Source of the DNA: Bilabrum cf. latius
Taxonomy: Eukaryota
Direction: 5' to 3'
Assembly (NCBI GenBank): GCA_965178125.1
Contig: OZ237765.1
Coordinates: 124,001-188,000 of the forward strand
Length of the DNA stretch: 64,000 nucleotides
The notes beneath the pieces are model-generated. The model was not told where the DNA came from. It did no database searches and saw nothing but the letters and a program-made list of their open reading frames with translations. This document shows, one piece after another, positions 61,535-64,000 of the stretch. A program made the position numbers and the translations under genes. Every line of letters starts with the position of its first letter. Position 1 is the first letter of the stretch.

Positions 61535-62888
61535 TTGCAATCACCACTAAAGGTATGAGTTGCTCGGAAGATCCGGCATATCGTTATGATTAGCGGTGTA
61601 AGGCACGTGCAACCACTGGCAACTCGAACCGGAATTGCTGCACGGCCGGCGGCGCGCAGCGCGGATTTTGGCATGGCACGCGCGGGCACACACGAAAAAG
61701 CAATCGAATCAAAGTTCATACGGCCTTGTGAGCAGCTTTCTGGGGCTAAGATTGGCGTGGTATTGCAACTGGCGGGACAAGTCGCGAAGCCAGGTGCACG
61801 CAACGATGCACGGCGAGGTTGCACGGACGAGTTGACCTGTTTCCGATGCGAGAGATGGGTGTGCTGTAGTATGGACTACGCGCGCAGTCCTACCAGTGTT
61901 GTGGCACAACGAGGCTTGGCGATGCGCTCAACCATCTTCAAAACGTGAAGCCAGAGCTATCCAAAACTTGATGAGACTAAGAAGCCGGCAATTTGACTCA
62001 AACAGGCTTTTCAAATCGATCGCTAGGCGGACACAGCGTCTCTCCGCTGGCATCATCCAAATTCACTAGCCACGAGCAGATGGCGTCCGGCGTGCACGGC
62101 TTGATCCACTGCGCCTGGTCTCCTTGCTTCTTCTTGCAGCCGTATGTCTCCCAGTACACCACATTCCGAAGCGCCCAAATAATACTTTCAAGTGATTTCA
62201 CGCACTGCAGACTCGTTTGAAGAAAGGCAAACTTGTGGCAGAAGAAAATGGGAGGCATGACTGGCCGCTGTGAGGACATTTGCACGGTTGCTGCTCACTG
62301 CTCTCTATTGCTCGGGCGTTTTAAGTCCCCTGCACGTGTATGGTTGACCCTATTCATGGTTTGAAAGGACATACGTGCACACCGCGCACATGTCAGAGGC
62401 CTATCCTAGCTAGGATTCTTCTGCCTCTCCCTCCTCCGGCTAGTTCAGCTGAATGAGGGACATCACATCGCTCTCGCCCCCTTCAAAGACTGCCTAACTC
62501 GCATCCGTCACGTGCCGGGCGAGCGCCGTGGGTAGCTCAGCTTGCGCCCCCTCCCCGTCCGCGTTCGATCGAAGCGATGCTCGATTTGCTTGGTGCCTAT
62601 TTCTCCGACCCTACGCCTAGTTGCTCGGGCGAAACCCAAACGAAACCCCAACACATAGGCAAATCACCAAAAGTACTGGTCCCATGGGCCAGAGGACCCA
62701 GTTATTGGGAGCCTGAGCTGCGAAAGCCAGCACACATCCGATATACATAAAACCGCACGTTACCCCCAGAAAGTGCAACTTGCATAAACTTGATTATTTT
62801 CCCACTGCATCACGCCGTGATAAGCTGCGATAGCGTAGTAACAGAGTGGCCGCAATCGAATCAAGCATACAAGTTTGGCCGTCAAGTG

Positions 62889-64000
62889 TCACTGGCCGCC
62901 ACCACGCCCAAGCCGCTGTTGCTGCGCCCCTTGCAGTGCGTCCGTCAGCTGTCGGATGGTGTCGAGCATCTAACGACGGGGCACTTGCGCGGCGCCTCCA
63001 CCTCCGGAACCAGTTGCCTGTCCAGACTATGACCCAGCCTCACTTCTGATCGAAGTCCCCGTCGGACCGGGGTGACCCCCTCGTCTCCTCCCAGGGGAAA
63101 TCCCCCCCCTCAACCCCGCGGGGGTGGACTCCGCCCGTCGCAGCACGGAGCGACCCGCCGCCAGCGCCGCGGCGTGGGATGGCTTTAGGCCCCCCCTTGG
63201 CGCCGATCCGCGTGCCAGCTCTTTTGCGAGGGGGGTGATCGCGTCCTCCTCCTCCTCCTCCTCCTCTTGCTCTGCCCCTGCCCCTGCCCTTCCAACTCCC
63301 AGCCCGCTGCGGTTCCTCATCGACCCCCGGCTCCGGCTCCGGGTCATGCCCCCCCTCCCGAGCGCCAGACGACTCACATCGTCTTCATCTTCATCTTCAT
63401 TCTCACCGTCGCTGCCCCCAAGGTACCGAACGAAGGCCCCACCCCCCGCCGACTTGAACCGGCGCAACCCCCTGTCCCTGTCCCTGCCAGTACCCTCTTT
63501 GCCTGCGGAACCGGCGACGCGACCTAAGGACCGGGCCCCCGGCGATGCCCCTGCGCTTAGGTCCCGCCCCGCTGCGCGGCGCCCCTCGCTGCGACCTCTT
63601 TGCGGAACCTCACCACGGAACGACCGGTCCCTGTCCCCGTACCCCCTTGCCCTATCAGTTCCCTGTCCCTGCTTATGTCCCTGCTTCCCACGACCCCTGC
63701 CCCGGCCCCGGCCTCGACCAAGCCCAGCCCCCGCAGCGGCGCGACCTCCGGCCCCTGGCCTCATGGCCCCTGCAGCCGCTGTGGATGATCTCGTGAGAGT
63801 GCCCCGCCGGCCATACCTGTAGAACTCAAGCGCGGGGGGCCCGCCCGGAGTGCGCCCGCCCCGTTGTTCCCTGGACCTCCCCAAATCCTGCTCGCCCCCC
63901 TCCCCCTCCCCTTCCCCCATGGACGTGTCATCATCCCCATCCAGCCCAAGCCCGAGATCATCACCCTCACCCACTGCACGGACACCATCGTCGCTGGGAC
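62889..64000 (-). CDS. 3' part of a low-complexity Gly/Arg-rich hypothetical protein (5' end outside window)
   Basis: ORF 63027..63974 continues through TAG 63027 and 62970 to TGA 62889. Confidence 0.6.

Noticed and set aside
62320-62730. Possible tRNA or other structured RNA (tgcacgtgtatg/catacgtgca stem; gtagctcag; gttcgatc)
   Set aside because: I could not build a cloverleaf or match known RNA signatures. No suppressor tRNA(CUA) was identified in this window.

Overview
GC-rich, gene-dense eukaryotic (protist-like) nuclear DNA with GT-AG spliceosomal introns and about 20 protein-coding genes. Recognisable products are MTO1/GidA, TOP6A/SPO11-3, UBA52, MRPL47, TSR2, a mitochondrial carrier, a GH10 xylanase, a LeuC+LeuD-type aconitase-family fusion, a cystathionine gamma-synthase-like enzyme, a GT61-like glycosyltransferase, ankyrin/PH/DEP proteins, a tandem pair of bulb-type lectins and two giant intronless orphans. 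Two window-wide signals stand out. (1) A non-standard nuclear genetic code: TAG is a sense codon read as Gln, with about 70 in-frame TAGs counted by eye, including invariant Gln sites in MTO1 and the carrier motif. TAA and TGA remain stops, and all 19 gene ends I could trace use TGA (15) or TAA (4). The supplied standard-code ORF track therefore fragments most genes. (2) A non-palindromic 12-mer, GTGTGACGAGTG, is highly iterated: 14 perfect and 15 one-mismatch copies seen. It lies almost entirely inside coding sequence, on both strands and in all six reading frames, so it is a DNA-level signal. All coordinates and counts were read manually; no database searches were run.
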